A stretch of DNA of 64,000 nt. Origin: Dipteris shenzhenensis (lineage: Eukaryota). How positions within the stretch are numbered: position 1 is the stretch's first letter; each line of letters starts with the position of its first letter. Both the position numbers and the translations under genes were made by a program. The stretch lies in NCBI GenBank assembly GCA_047967505.1, contig CM106538.1; one strand, 5' to 3'. Shown here piece after piece: positions 24,720-39,500 of the stretch. The notes under the pieces are model-generated. The model saw nothing but the letters and a program-made list of their open reading frames with translations. It did no database searches and was not told the DNA's origin.

Positions 24720-27700
24720 CTGGCACACTCGGTGGAACAATTAGTTTTATGCCACAAAATTATTGAGACTCAAACCCGCTCATTTATCTACTGTAGTAGA
24801 TCTAGTACAATGGTCTACTGAGACTGAACTAATTGGAATTAATTCATGATCTTCATGCTGAACTCGCATAAACTACTCGTCATACTAATCTTCCACTTGA
24901 TCTTCAAACTGTTCGTGTTCAAGTTGTACCTGTTTCTTTGGATCAATACTAGTCATGTCCTCATCTTTCTTTTGCACTACATTGAATATATCCTCCGAAT
25001 GGTGATTGAACATCAATGTATCCGGGTTTCGTCCAGTCAACTCATGAACAACTTTAAAAGATTGAAGTATCTCTTCTAGCTGTACTGACCCCTCTTGAAA
25101 TTCTTCCTTCAGCTCAACACGACTGCTACTTTGATTACTTGGCCTTGGTGCTATATCTTCAGGTACCTGCATAGACAAAAGGTTAGAAAAAATGTTGGCC
25201 GAATTAGTACCCTCAAGTGTTGCTGATGTCGCCTGGGACTGTTTGTTGAGAGTTCACGCTCAACATCATGTGATCATGTGTGCATAGCACCATCACGTGA
25301 TCATATGTGCATAGCACTAACCTTATAGAGTGCTATAAAGGAAAGGGTTAGATCCCCTAACCCTAACCCTAAAATGGTTTGTATATATTCTATTTTTTCA
25401 ACTAAATCTAGTGTACAGTTAGTCATTTGTGGTGTGCTCTCTAGCTGTGCCCTCTCTCCTCATCTTCACTCTTCTCCTCTCCCCTCTTCATATTTTGTCA
25501 TGGTATCAGAGCTCCCTTGCCTTCCGCTAAGGCATTGAGATTATTGTGAGTTCTCTTGAGTGTTCTCCGTCAGAGTTCACTTCCGGTGAGAGACTCCCAT
25601 CTACTTTCATAGAATTTCTATCATACAATTCCGTCCATGTGAGAGAGAGAGAGAGACTTCTGTTGATTGAGAGGACTTCCATTATGAGAAGAGAGAGACA
25701 GAACTATCTTTCCTGCAGAGAATTTGAGGCTGAGACAATTCCAACGGCGGCTCTTCCACAAACTTCTACAATCTTTGGCTACATCGACTATCGAGTCTAT
25801 CAAAGGGACTATATCCACCTCCTGCTTCTCAGCTGACACATATGGCTATAGCACTATAGCTAGCCGCATGCACAGCAAGGAACCAACTACTCTAGTGCAA
25901 CCGACTCTAGCCCTCGACTCCAGCCCTCAGCAACTCGTACGCGCCATACTCTGTTCTTCAAACCGAAGGCTGAATCCTACCTCCTCCCGTTTGTAGCAGC
26001 GACCTACACCTCTCCAACTATCTTTGTACCTAGCTGCCAACAACAATGAAGTCCCTATGACTTAGCAACCTAGCAGCTAGCTCTATGACCTATCCAGCAA
26101 CTAGTCAGCTGCAGCCTTGCAGCTTCAACGGGGACCGCTCTACCCACAGCTTCCACGCCCGCTCTGCACACCACCTTCTACTACAAGCAGTGACACAAGT
26201 GACATAAGCCTACCCAGCATTTGAGCAACCGCAACTGCATGCTTCATAGCACGAGCTCCCTCAATAGCTCTCCACGAAGCCATCGTTGAAGGAGGTGATG
26301 AATGTCCATCGATGGTTGGTAGGTCGAAGCATGCTACTTCTCTTCCGTTGAGACTGCTTTGAATTGTTTTGTGGTCACCGGCACTGGGCTTGAAAGAGCT
26401 GCACTATCCCTTGGAAGCGCTTATTGGAGACATAGCATTGGAAAGGTGCCGCTGTCCATATGAGGCGCAACCATTAACGGCGGACCTCCAAGGCATATGG
26501 CCTCTCCAGTGCTAGTGCATTGATCAATAGTGAAGCCAAGCTTTTGAGGCACATGTCTCCAGCGCAATGCTCTAGCACCACACAGCTAGCGAATAGTGGC
26601 TCCCGTATGCACCAGTAGCTCCATAGTCGTCTCCAATGGAAATGACGATGGAATCAGTAGATTCTGTCGAAATCTTCGAAAGATTTCGATCGCAATCCTA
26701 GCACCATGTGGTAGCAAGGGAGGATATCCCTTATCCTCAACCTCACCACACATTGAGGTGTGGTCAACCAAAGGACACGTGGTAGTCAATTGCCACATCA
26801 TCAATTTATCTCCAACTGCCACGTCAGACCTTATCTGCCATGTCACCCTTGCCAGCTCAGCAAGACACATCATCATCGACACTGACACATCAGCAGTCCA
26901 TGTCATCAAGCCACATCATCACTACCATGTCACCTCTACCACATCAGTAGTGCCACCTCAGCAGTCCAGTTAGCACTGACTCTCTGCAGGCACAGTCCCT
27001 TACCAGCCACACTGTGCACACACTGCATGTGCACACTCCTGCCACCTCAGCACAGAGCTTCACAGGCACACCTCTTGCTAGGCACAGTGCCACATCATCA
27101 TTGTATGTGACTCATAGTGACACATCATCATTGAGCACCATTTGCACTCCTTTTGCCCCTCCACCTAGATCAAGTCATATCTCTTGATCCAGGAAGAATT
27201 TGAGCGCGCTCCAAAAAAGAAAGTCTCTCGTTTTTTTGTGCTCTATGCGCTCGTTACATCATGCACACATTTTGGCGCAAGTTACACTCACATTTGAGCC
27301 TCGCCGATAAAACCACTTTCTTCATGCATATTTGCCTCTACATCGACGCATCTGACCCAGCACTTAAAAAGAACAAAAGAAAAGGAATTATTTGCTGTTC
27401 TTTTGTCGATCGACAGTTGGTTTAGATCTAGATCAGAGTAGACTAGATCGCCATAGAGGGGACGCTTTGAATTCCCCAAGTTGCCAATTTAAGCCATGCC
27501 CAAAATTCCCAACTAGTATCTACTCGGAGTCAGTCCATACGCTCACATCCGATTTCACATCATTACATTACCTGAAACCTTACATTCATCAGTTCAGTGA
27601 GCAGACTTCAGAGTTCAGAGGCATTGCAGATTGATTCAGTGGGCACATAGCATTTGATTTCACACACACATGCCACCATTGTAAAGCCTATTCGGCTATC

Positions 27701-29073
27701 TCATGGCATCATGCACATCATTTTAGCCTTGTAAAGCCTCTTGGCTATTCTCGGCATCATTGCCACAAGCCTTGTAATACAGATCAGATTTTATATACTG
27801 CAGTTCTATCTTCATCGATGGTTCAGAGATTTCACTTGGCATATTCAATGTATTTGCAGTTGATTCATACAAAGAACTTCATGACACTTTTGAGTACATT
27901 TCTTGCACCATGTCGACTAGGAACCTCAATCTGGAGGCAAATGCTAAGTTAGACCACTCCAATTACGGTACATGGAAATACCGAATGGAGACCATTCTTG
28001 TGCTTTAGGACAAATGGGAGTATACCTAGACCATTGGCCGATCCAGTCACCAATAGCTCTACTCCATCTGTTCTCACAGCACCAGCAACGGGATCTACAT
28101 CTACATAAACAGTTTCCGCACCAGTAGAAGATCCTACCATTGCTCGAGCTTAAGCAGAGTGGGATAAGAAAGACAAGTATGCCTATCACCTGATCAAGCA
28201 GAATGTGCAAGATGTCATGCTAGGATAGCTCAACACAGTCAAGACATCAAAAGAAGCATGGGACATGTTCACAGCTCTCTACGAGTCCAAGAATACATCC
28301 ATGATTCTCACCTTGAGAAACCAGATCAACCAGAGTTTCCGCAACAGCAGTGAAACTGGTCATGCTTATGTACCCCGCATCAAAGACTACAACAATCAAC
28401 TTGCCGCAGTAGGAGAGACTATGAATCCCCCAGAAATGGTTCAAGTAATCTTGAATGGACTAGGAGAAGGATATGAGAATCTAGTCCAGAGTATTGCCAT
28501 CCAACGGCAAATTCCAACACTGGAAGAACTTTAGTCAGTTCTACTTAGTGAAGAACTCAGGACTCAGGCAATTCAAGCACGTAAAGGTCATTCTAATGAT
28601 CAGGCATTCACAGCTTCAGACAAAAGTAGAGGCAAAGGCAGAAACAAAGGTAGATCATACCAGAAAAGTGGTCATCATCAACAAAATCAAAGTCAGAATC
28701 AGCATCATCCTCAACAAAATCAGAATCAGCAAAGAGGGAATCATTCCAACCGAGGAAGATTTCAAGGACGAGGGAATGCATCCACCAATGTGTCAAACAT
28801 TCAATGCAACTACTGTCACAAGTTTGGACACTATGAAAGAGATTGCCGCAAGAAGCAGTACGACCAAGGCGGTCAATCCAACAGTAATCGAGGGAATTCC
28901 CGAGGAAGAGGAAATCATCATGGTGGACATTCTAGTCACAGTCATTTTGCAAATGAACATGAAAATATGTTTCTTGCAAGTGAGGAATTGCATCAGACTG
29001 ATACAATGCACCGAGGCAGTCGATAGAACGAGCGAGGAAAAGCGAGCGAGCTTTTCCACAATTTCCTTATCGA

Positions 29074-29182
<109 letters not shown>

Positions 29183-29186
29183 TGTA

Positions 29187-29220
<34 letters not shown>

Positions 29221-29271
29221 CATACATACATACATATGTATATATTGATGCATATCTTGATGTATATATTC

Positions 29272-29698
29272 ATGCATACAGTTTTGATTGATGGAGAAAA
29301 TAGGCATGAAAACCATCTAAATTGGCTCTTGCCGTTCGATTTGATATAGGACATGATCCCATTGGGATTTGTAAGTCCAAAGATACGGGGTCCTACTTTT
29401 AGGGCCTGAATTCCTAAAATAGGTAGCTTGTTAATGTGCTGCCTATTTCATGCATTTAGGCCTCAAAAGTAGGACCTCATTTGGTCCTACATGGGGTCCT
29501 ACTTTTGAGGCCTAAATGTATGAAATAGGCAGCGCATTGATGTGCTACCTATTTCAGGCATTCAAGCCCTAAAAGTAAGACCCCGTATCTTTGGAATTAC
29601 AAATCCAAATGGGGTCATGTCATACATCAAATCGAATGGCAAGAGCCAATTTAGATGTTTTCATGCCTATTTTATCTATTTAATAAAACTCTATGCAT
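29272..29698. repeat. ~430-bp foldback (long inverted repeat), MITE-like
   Basis: Arms of ~205 bp centred near 29485; e.g. aaataggcatgaaaaccatctaaattggctcttgcc pairs with ggcaagagccaatttagatgttttcatgcctattt. Confidence 0.88.
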
Positions 29699-30424
29699 CA
29701 AATAATGTTGTTTATCAATTTTTGGCATACACACCCAAAATCAAGACCCCCATTGGAAAGAAAGGTAAGGAACACAAGTGCTTGTTCTTATGTTCAGGAG
29801 ACATTAAAAAAGAGGCCTAGTAGCCCAAAAATGGTAGCACATCAATGCACTATCATTTTTGGGTTGCCAGATCTCTTTTTTATTGTCTCACGAGCATCCA
29901 TATGGAGGTTATTATACAATATAACTAAGAAGTAGTATTGAAGTAGTTCTACAATTTGGATGCATTAAGAGCATTCATATAGCAAGGAAGAATATAATAA
30001 TTGAATACATTTTTTTTTCAATACATATTGCTAGTGAGACTACTAAAAAGAGGCTCTACCCCTCATGATGTCTTTGGATACAGAATATGAGATTGCTTGA
30101 TGCTTGGATTGCAGCTGGAAACATTGCATGGGCAAAGCCACTATATGCCTCAAGTGTTGGAAATTGATGTATGGCTCAAGTGCTAGAATGTGCAAATCAT
30201 GGCCAAAATCAAGACCCCTTAGAGATTCCATGAGGGCTATCCTTTTACTACTACACACATCACCTTTAGTCGAGGGCAGAACCATTCGTCATCACAGGCA
30301 GTAAGTTCATGGGACCCCATCCCATGATCTAAGGCATTATTCAAAGACAAAGTATTTCTGACCATTCTCGAATCGAGTTTGCCAATTCCTAATCTAATTG
30401 ATTTCATTTACTAGACTTGTAATG

Positions 30425-30545
30425 CTTGCAAAGCCCTTGCTTAAGCTTGAATGAGCCTCTTGATTTTGGGGGTATAATGGTCAAAAATGGCTTAACACGC
30501 CCAAAATCAAGAGGCTCATTCAAGCTTAAGCAAGGGCTTTGCAAG
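30425..30545. repeat. Perfect 46-bp inverted repeat with 29-nt spacer
   Basis: 30425-30470 is the exact reverse complement of 30500-30545. Confidence 0.92.
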
Positions 30546-33500
30546 TCTTGTTTTTGGGTGGCAAAAGCACAAAAAATGACAGCGCATTAATGTGTTGCCA
30601 TTCTTATGCTTCTCCCCTCCAAAAATAAGACCCCCAAGTTATTCATTAGAGACACCAAAATGAGGAGAAGGATGACGTGAGGAGTAGAGGAGCTGGCCAA
30701 TGAGGGGAGGGACAGCCGTGGAATTGCCAGCAACAAGCATGATGCAAGGAGGCGAGAAGGCAAAGAAGCAAGGAGGTGAGGAGGTGAGGAAGCAAGGAGG
30801 CGAGGAGGCACGAGGCAGTCTTGAAGGGCAACAAGAGGGTGGAGGTGGCCAAAATAGTAAGCAAGAAAGGGAGAGATGGAGATTGCTTGCAGGAAATGCT
30901 TGGATTAATGCTACAAATGCCATTTTTTTGTGTGTGTTTTGTAGCATGAAATTTTTATGGCATTTTTCTCTTAAAAAATACAACATTTTGTGATTAATTG
31001 TGCTACAAACAACTCAAGCCATAAAGCACCATGGATTAGTACAACAATATACATCACAAATGGATGCATATACTCATATACATCACCGATGGATGCATAC
31101 ACTTATACTCACATCAATTTCCAATATTGTATTAGATGGACCCTTAGCATATATGTGTGCATAGAAGACCATCTCCTACATTGATCCCCGATTTCATAGT
31201 TAAATTATTCCCTTTCTCACATTCTAACATGTGAAGATATAATGTACATGCATTATGGGCACATTATATTGCAGTTTATGACTAACTTTTTTTATGAATG
31301 CATGATACTTGTATATGGTCAAAGAAGGTATATTATCATTTTTGAATGACAACATTACTTTATGCTCCATTTTATCCTATATTAGAAACTATGATCACTA
31401 GATATTACATAAATGTATTGCTCCATTATATCCTATACTAAAAACTATTTTGACCCAAATACATAATGCCAATTGAGGTTAGTACTTATGACAAGTGATG
31501 AAAACAATCTACTGGTATGAATGAGATCTTGTAAATTTTGGATATATAGTATGGGTACTATGTTGATTGAGCTATTTTTCTAAGGGAATATTTTCAACTT
31601 AATTACTAAATACATACTTACAATGGTGACCTGATTCCCATCTATATGTATAATCAAGTTTTACTTTGTGTTTAAAAAAAAACTTTTGCATAAGGTTAAA
31701 ATTCGAATAGTATTTATATTTGTTTAAGACTACCCATTGAGCTAGCTCCTATCCTTATATTGAACATGATAATGTTCATAAAGATTTTATGAATACAAAT
31801 AGATAACATTGGCTCTCTTTTTAGTGGTTGGGAATGAACCCTAAAAATACCCTAAAACGACTATGTATTCCCTTATTTGTAGCATGGAAGTGATCATGGT
31901 AGAGTGGCATAATCCCTATTTTGCTTTTTTCATAGGTTCTTTTGCTACTCATGGTTGGCGGATAACCACGGCATAGATCCGAATAGATATTTGGTTTTTT
32001 GCTTCAACTTGCTTGAATAGACTTTCCTTGATGATTGTTCGATTGTGCATGATGAGTGGTCACTGGCTTAATTGATGCATTAAGTGCAATGTTTTCCTTA
32101 AAGTTTTTCATACTACAGGATACGAGTTTGCTTATAGGGGTGGAAATAGAAGCTTGTTAACACCTAGTGCATATTTTCCATTAGATGCAACAGGATACTA
32201 GTTACAGAGTGTCTTTGCCAATTATTTCACTTGAATCATGCTCCTCTTATGCTTGATTTTGTGGTCACATATTGAGTTTAACATAATAGTCTATAGGATA
32301 CTAGATGAGCACTCAACATAGTGGTTAGATGCATTCATTTCTAGTTCTGATAGAACTATCATTCAGACATTGGTCATAATAGAATTATGGAGGGCTAAAA
32401 TCCTTTTTTGGCTCCCTAAGTTTTTTAAAGCATGGTATTGTCCAGATTACATAGGTATTTTCACTAAGCAAAATTAATCCTTATGATGAAAATGTGTTTT
32501 TTTTCTTTTGACATAGTTAGTTCTGTTTCCATGTTTTTGGATCGAATGTATGGATGATCTTCTACAAGCATAAAAGACATGATATGTATATGTAGCACAT
32601 GATCATGTTTACATATTTTCAGTCATATACTCTACCTTGTGATCTATCATTATCTTGCTATGTGGATGTTCAATCTGAGTAGTGTTTGCTTTTTTTATCG
32701 CAAATTTTATGTATTTTTGTGTCTCTACCTCTCCACAACGACTCAAATGTGGCAGTATGGGGATGAAAGAGAAGTTAATTAAGAGTTTCAGGCATGCCTT
32801 CATTGTTGGAATATGTTTAATTTGCTTATGATCACATCAATTGTTCCAATGATATTGAGAGGAATAAGATGCTGGATGAGGTTCTCGCTCGCTTGAAACC
32901 TATTTAATCTTGCTTGCCTGTTTGGGGTTGCTCGCTTTTCTTTGCTCGCTTTTTGGTAATCCTCCAATGCACCTAGACACTGATTTCAATCCCAAAGAGG
33001 ATTACAATTATCAAGTCGACCAAGTGGAACAGGATCCTTGGTACATTGATAGCGGTGCATCATCTCATATGACAAATCATTAGGAATGGTTCACAGAGAT
33101 GAAACCATTAGAAGGTCAGAAGAATGTCATCTACACAGCAGACAATACACCGAATCCAGTTCAAGGGACAGGTGTTATCCCTATGAACAATTTCACTGGT
33201 ACAAAAGGATTAGTCAAAGATGTGCTCTATGTTTCGAAGCTTAGCAAGAACCTTTTGTCAGTAGGTCAAATGACGGAACACAACTACAAAGTCATCTTCG
33301 ACGGTGATGAATGCACTATCGGAGACAAATCTAAAAGATGTCAGGTAGTAGCAAAAGGTGTCAAGGAAGGAGCTTATACAGAATGCTCGCTACAGTACCA
33401 GATAAGCATGCCATGTTAGCTCAAATGCAACAGATGCCACTATCTACATAAGAGATATGGTCATGTCAACTTCAAGTACTTGTTAGATCTAAGGAATTAG

Positions 33501-36500
33501 AATATGGCAATTGGGACTCCGAAGCTATAATTTCTTGGCAAAGTTTGTGAAGCATGCTGCTTCCACAAACAAAAGCAAACCAACTTTGTTACAAGTACTT
33601 CTCGTGCACGAGGTATTCTTGATTTGGTACATACAGATGTATGGGGTTATGCCTAGACCCGCAGCATCAATGGTTCACTTTATTACTTGACCTTCATCGA
33701 TGACTACAGCAGATATTGTTGGGTCTACTTTTTGAAAGAGAAATCTGAAGTGTTTTCCAGATTTCAAGAATTCAAAGCCATGGTAGAAAACCAGACAGGT
33801 AGAAAGATCAAGGTCATGAGATTAGACAGAGGAGGTGAATACATGTCTTCAGCATTCATGAACTTTTGCAAAAATCATGGCATACGAAGACAATTCACAA
33901 TGTGCAGATACTCCTCAGCAGAATGCAATAGCTGAAAGGAAGAATGGGACTTTAGCAGAGAGTGCTAGAGCAATGCCTAGTGAAAAGAATCTTCTGAATC
34001 AGTATTGGGTAGAAGCAATAGCTATAGCAAACCACTTGCTTAATCGGCTTCCTACCGAACCGATACAGGAACCGATACAGGGTATGACTCCCTATGAAGC
34101 ATTCACTGGACACAAGCCATGCATTGGGCATCTCTGCATATTTGGTTGCATAGCATATGCCCACATACATGATGATCATCGCAGGAAATTGGATGCGAAG
34201 TCATGCAAATGCATCATGGTTGGCTACAGTGAAGAAAGCAATGCATACAAATTGTATGATCCCATCAACCACAAAGTCATTATCTCCAGAGATGTAATCT
34301 TTGATGAGGAATCAGAATGGAAAACCTCACCTACATAGGAGATAGAAGCATCGACTTCACAGTCATCTACAAAATAGGTTGATGAAGAAGAGCAAGAATT
34401 GCCAACAACACCCCAAGCAGAGCCACAGTGGCTCAGATGGTCTACTAGGGAAAGCAGACCTTCAGCCAGATTGACATATGCTCAGAAAGGCAAAGCAATT
34501 CAGGTGGAAACCACCAACTATGCTCTTATGACTACCATCATGGCTACAGAAGAGCCAGTGTACTTCGAAGATGTAGTAGACAAGCCAAAATGGCAAACTG
34601 CTATGAATGAAGAAATGGATGCTTTGTATAAGAATAGTACTTGGAAATTATGCGACCTTCCACCAGGAAAGAAGGCCATAGCAAACAAATGGGTATACAA
34701 AGTGAAGTACAATCCAGATGGCAGTATTCAGAGATACAAAGCCAGACTAGTTGCAAAAGGATTTGCACAACAATATGGTTAGGACTATGATGATACTTAT
34801 GCTCCAGTAGCAAAGATGGATTTCATACAGTTCTTGATATCACTAGCGACACTCAGTAAATGGAATGTGTATCAGCTCGATGTCAAGAATGCATTTCTCA
34901 ATGGTTATCTAGACGAGGAAGTCTACATGCAACAACCCGCAGGTTATGTTGAACCAGGAAAGGAGAAAAAGGTTTGCCATCTCAAGAAAAGTCTCTACGG
35001 CTTAAAACAAGCACCCAAAAGTTGGTACAGTAGAATTGACAAGTATTTTGCTGATCTGGGATACATGAAATCCAATGCAGATCATACTCTCTACTACAAA
35101 GTTCAAGGGGTAGACATTACTATTGCACTTTTGTATGTAGATGATCTGATTGTGACAGGAAGCAAGGATAGCTTCATCAGAAAATTGAAACAAGACTTAT
35201 CTGCAGAGTTCGACATGAAAGATCTTGGACTTATGCACTATTGTCTTGGAATTGAGATCTGGAGAGATTCAGATAGCACATTTATGAGTCAGCTCAAGTA
35301 TGTTGACAGTCTCCTGAAGAAGTTTCATACGACAGATTGCAAGATTGCAGCCACTCCCATGGAACAGAGTTTGAAACTTACTAAAGATTAAAAAAATCCT
35401 ACAGTCAATGACAGATACTACAGGCAACTCATTGGATCTGTTATATATCTGACAATCACACGGCCAGATATTTGTTATGCAATAAGCTCACTAGCACAGT
35501 TTATGGCAAATCCAAAACAGTCTCATTGGAATGCAGCCAAAAGAGTCTTGAGATACATCAGAGGTACAAGATAGTTTGGGATAGAATACATAGGAAGTCA
35601 TCCACGGTTGCATGGATACTATGATAGTTACTATGCCAGAGATCATGAGACCACGAGATCGACACAGGGATATGCATTTTTCCTTGGTCAAGGTGCTATA
35701 TCATGGTTGTCAAACAAACAGCCAACTGTTTCTTTGTCTTCAACTGAAGCAGAATATAGGGCACTCACTACAAGTGCATGTGAGGCTATATGGCTCAGAA
35801 GACTATTGTTAGAAACAGATTACTTTGATGAGTCAAAGCCAACAACAATATACTATGATAATCAGTCAGCTCAAGCATTGGCCAAAAATCCAGTATATCA
35901 CTCTAGGACAAAGCACATTGATGTCAGAGAGCACTTCATCAGAGAAAGAGTGTTACTTGGTGACATCACACTACAGCATTGTGATAGCAAAGAAAATGTT
36001 ACAGACATCTTTATCAAACCACTCGGTAAAGAGCTATTCGAGCAACACCGACTAGCTGACGCAGAGGAAGGACATTCCCATTAAAGGGATGTGATGGAAT
36101 GTAATGTAATGCTCAGTCCTTCTTCGATTCCCCAGAATCATCATCTTGAGGGAAGGCCTACTTCATGATGTTGATCTTGAGGGAAGGTGTTGAGAGTTCA
36201 CGCTCAACATCATGTGTGCATAGCACCATCACATGATCATATGTGCATAGCACTAACCTTATAGAGTGCTATAAAGGAAAGGATTAGATCCCCTAACCCT
36301 AACCCTAAAAGGGCTTGTATATATTCTATTTTTTCAACTAAATCTAGTGTACAGTTAGTCATTTGTGGTGTGCTCTCTAGCTGTGCCCTCTCTCCTCATC
36401 TCCACTCTTCTCCTCTCCCCTCTTCATATTTTGTCACTATTGCTGGAACTACAATAGTTATTGCTATAATTCTTGAATCTAGTTTTCTTGTTCTTGAACC

Positions 36501-39500
36501 TTATCCTTCAAGATATTTTCTGTATATTCCTCAAAAGCAAAAGCTTCATAAGGCCTCTGAGCCAAAATAAAGAGCCTCTCTTTTAAATTATCCCACACTC
36601 CTTGAGATATAACTACCAACTCATTTTTAAGATTGTCCATAGCATTTGCTGCCACAAATACTCCCTCCAGATCTGTCTCTTCTGAAATGTCTTTCAGCTG
36701 CTGCTCCAAATTTTGCAATGCATCTAGTCTTGCTTGCAACCATAAGTTATTGGTTTATAGCTCTGTATTGTGTTTAGACGCTACCTCCAAAACATTAAAA
36801 ACTGATCTTGCATCTCTTTTAGCCATTTGGTAACAATAGGAAGACATGCATGCTATTTTTTTGTCTGTTGCATTAGCTTCTATTGGTCACTTTCCTTCTG
36901 CTCTTCACTTTTTGTGGGTCTATGGTCATCCCTTCTTCTAAAATTATATGTCCTAGCAAGACACCCCTTTTTATAGCAAATGCACATTTCTTCGGGTTTA
37001 AGCTCAGTTGTGCAATTCTGCATCTCTCAAGGCATAGCCTCAGATGCTGCAAATGCTCATTCTTTTTTTTGAACACAAAAAAATCATCTAGAAAAACTCT
37101 GATAGAAGTAGTCAAGGAGCAAAAACTTCCTCGATCCATTTCTGAAATGTGGGAGGTGTATTCTTAAGACCAAAAGTCATAACATTACTAGCAAAAACTC
37201 CCCACTCTATGATGAAAGCCGTCTTATCTCTGTCCTCCAGAGCCATCCTTATCTGATTATAGCCACTAAAACCATCCAAGAAACTATACATTTTGTGACC
37301 AGCTATAGCATCAAGCATTGTGTCACAAAAAGGTAATGGAAAGGGTCTGTTATTGTTGCTGCATTTAATTTTCTGTAATCAACACACACTCTCAGCTTAC
37401 CATTCTTCTTAGGTACTATGACTATAGGTGAAAGCCAAGTTACCTTATCTACTTGGTAAATGAACCCCACCTTGAGTAGCTTATCAATTTCCTCCTTCAC
37501 CCTCTGAGCATAGTTTGGATTCATTCTATATCTTTGCTAAACCACTGGGATAGCATCTTTCTTCAAGTCTTCTATGTTGGCAAAAAGATGTATCAACTCC
37601 TTTCATATTTGTGTCATGCCAAGCAAACACATCCTTGAATTCCAATAACAATTTATGTAAAGCTTAAAGTTGCATCTAACAAAGCACTAGTTAACATGCA
37701 CCAACTTTGGATCTTGTTCTGTTCCAAGGTTCATCTTAGTTAAATCATCCTTCTGTACTCTTACACACTTAAGTGATCCTCAAATGCTGTTTCAGCTTCA
37801 ATGATTACTTGAATGTCGGTTTTAACGTAAACTTCTTCCTTCTCCTCATCAACATCCCACTGGTTTGCATAAAATCCATCTGACTTCTTTTCTTTGCCTT
37901 CTTCTTGGGCTTCCTTCAGACTGGGATTGTTCAAAATCGAAACTGCAGACATCTCCATTGCTGGAAAACTGCACCTTGAAAGACTCTTGTACTGATCAAG
38001 GATACTCAGCACATCCACTTCAAAAATTGGTAGAAGAGATGGATTTCTTTTTAGAAACCATTCCTCCTCCTCCTCTTCCGCTTCAGCCACCATGATAATG
38101 CCTTTAGCTACTAAGGGCTGAACCCTTTTTGGTACACTCCTTGTTGGGACCATTGCCATCCTAAATTTCTTCTTTCCTTTTCTGATGTTCACCCTATTAG
38201 GCCCCCAATCCTTCTTGATCTTGGCTACCCGAAACCACGACCTACCAGGTAGCATTGAATAAGACTACTCATCTCCCTCCAATCTTAGGACCACAAAACT
38301 GACCATAAACGACGTCAATTCGCAAACTCCAATTTGTTGATTCCACAAAATTCCTAGAGGTTGGACCCTTCTTTGGTCTGCCATCTTTACCTAAAAAGGG
38401 GCTGTATCTAATTCATTGAGACATAATTTCCTATAAAGGTCTTAAAACAAGATGTTCACACCTGACCCACCATCTAGCAGGACTTCTGGTATCATCTGTG
38501 ACTTATATTCCACCTAAATAAGTGGTATAGTATAATCCACGTCCTCTATCTATGCTGCATTAACAGCTGGGTCAACTTCAAAAGACTCTCCCTCTTCCCT
38601 TTTTGCTTTGTCCATTAGGCTTCCCATGTTAACTGACAACTTAGCCAACAATTGCGTTTTGAATTCTGGTACCAAATTAAGAATGTGATATTAATCTTTA
38701 GGCTGTGAAACAATTCTTCTTGTTCCCCTGTAACCTCCTTTTCTAATTCCTTAAGTACACCAGTCCTCAGCTGAGTCTCTTTGCAAGCCCCTTTCTTTTT
38801 TAGAATGTCTACTTTCTAGCTTTCATCTTGCATATCAGTAGATACCTCAGGTTTTACTATGCTTCCTTTGTTGTCAGCCTAATCTTCCTTTGGTTCATCC
38901 TCAATCACTATTGGATTGCACATTGAGGTTGTACTTTGTTCTCTGCTGGTTGTACTGATTCATCCATTTTTACTTTAGCAGGTATAGGTTGTGTGGTGTC
39001 CATCAATGCCCACTTAACCTTTTTATCTGCATTTACCTTATCCAAGGCTTTAAGAACCTCATGTCAAACTTTGTTTTGCTCATCCCAATCAATTGGGTGT
39101 TTGCGTTTATCTGCCATTGGCACTTTTTCTTCCTTTGGGATTGGTCCTTTCGACCTTGTTATAGCCAATGCTGTCGGATCATTTTGTCCTTCCGACATGT
39201 TACTCTCCTACTTACATCCTGAGAAATCACATAAAATAGCCAATACTGGATCCATAACCTTCTTCTCTTGTGCTTCTATCTGCTTCAATTTTCTCGGTCC
39301 TTACTCTACCCCATTTTGCTCGAGCTATATTATCATAGCGTTGGCCTAGGTTGGTGGTGGGCGAGGTAGATTTTGTGTTTGTGATTGTGTTTGGTATTGA
39401 TGCCCCTCTCATTGTGGTGTTTACACCAGTGTTCACATCCTGGACTTTGCCTTTGTCCAGCTTTTCCACAATATGTGCAATTCTGTGCTTCATTACTTGT

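Noticed and set aside
25355-25374. (CCCTAA)3 telomere-like repeat, also at ~36291
   Set aside because: Short motif inside both Copia D LTRs (telo-box-like), not an interstitial telomere array.
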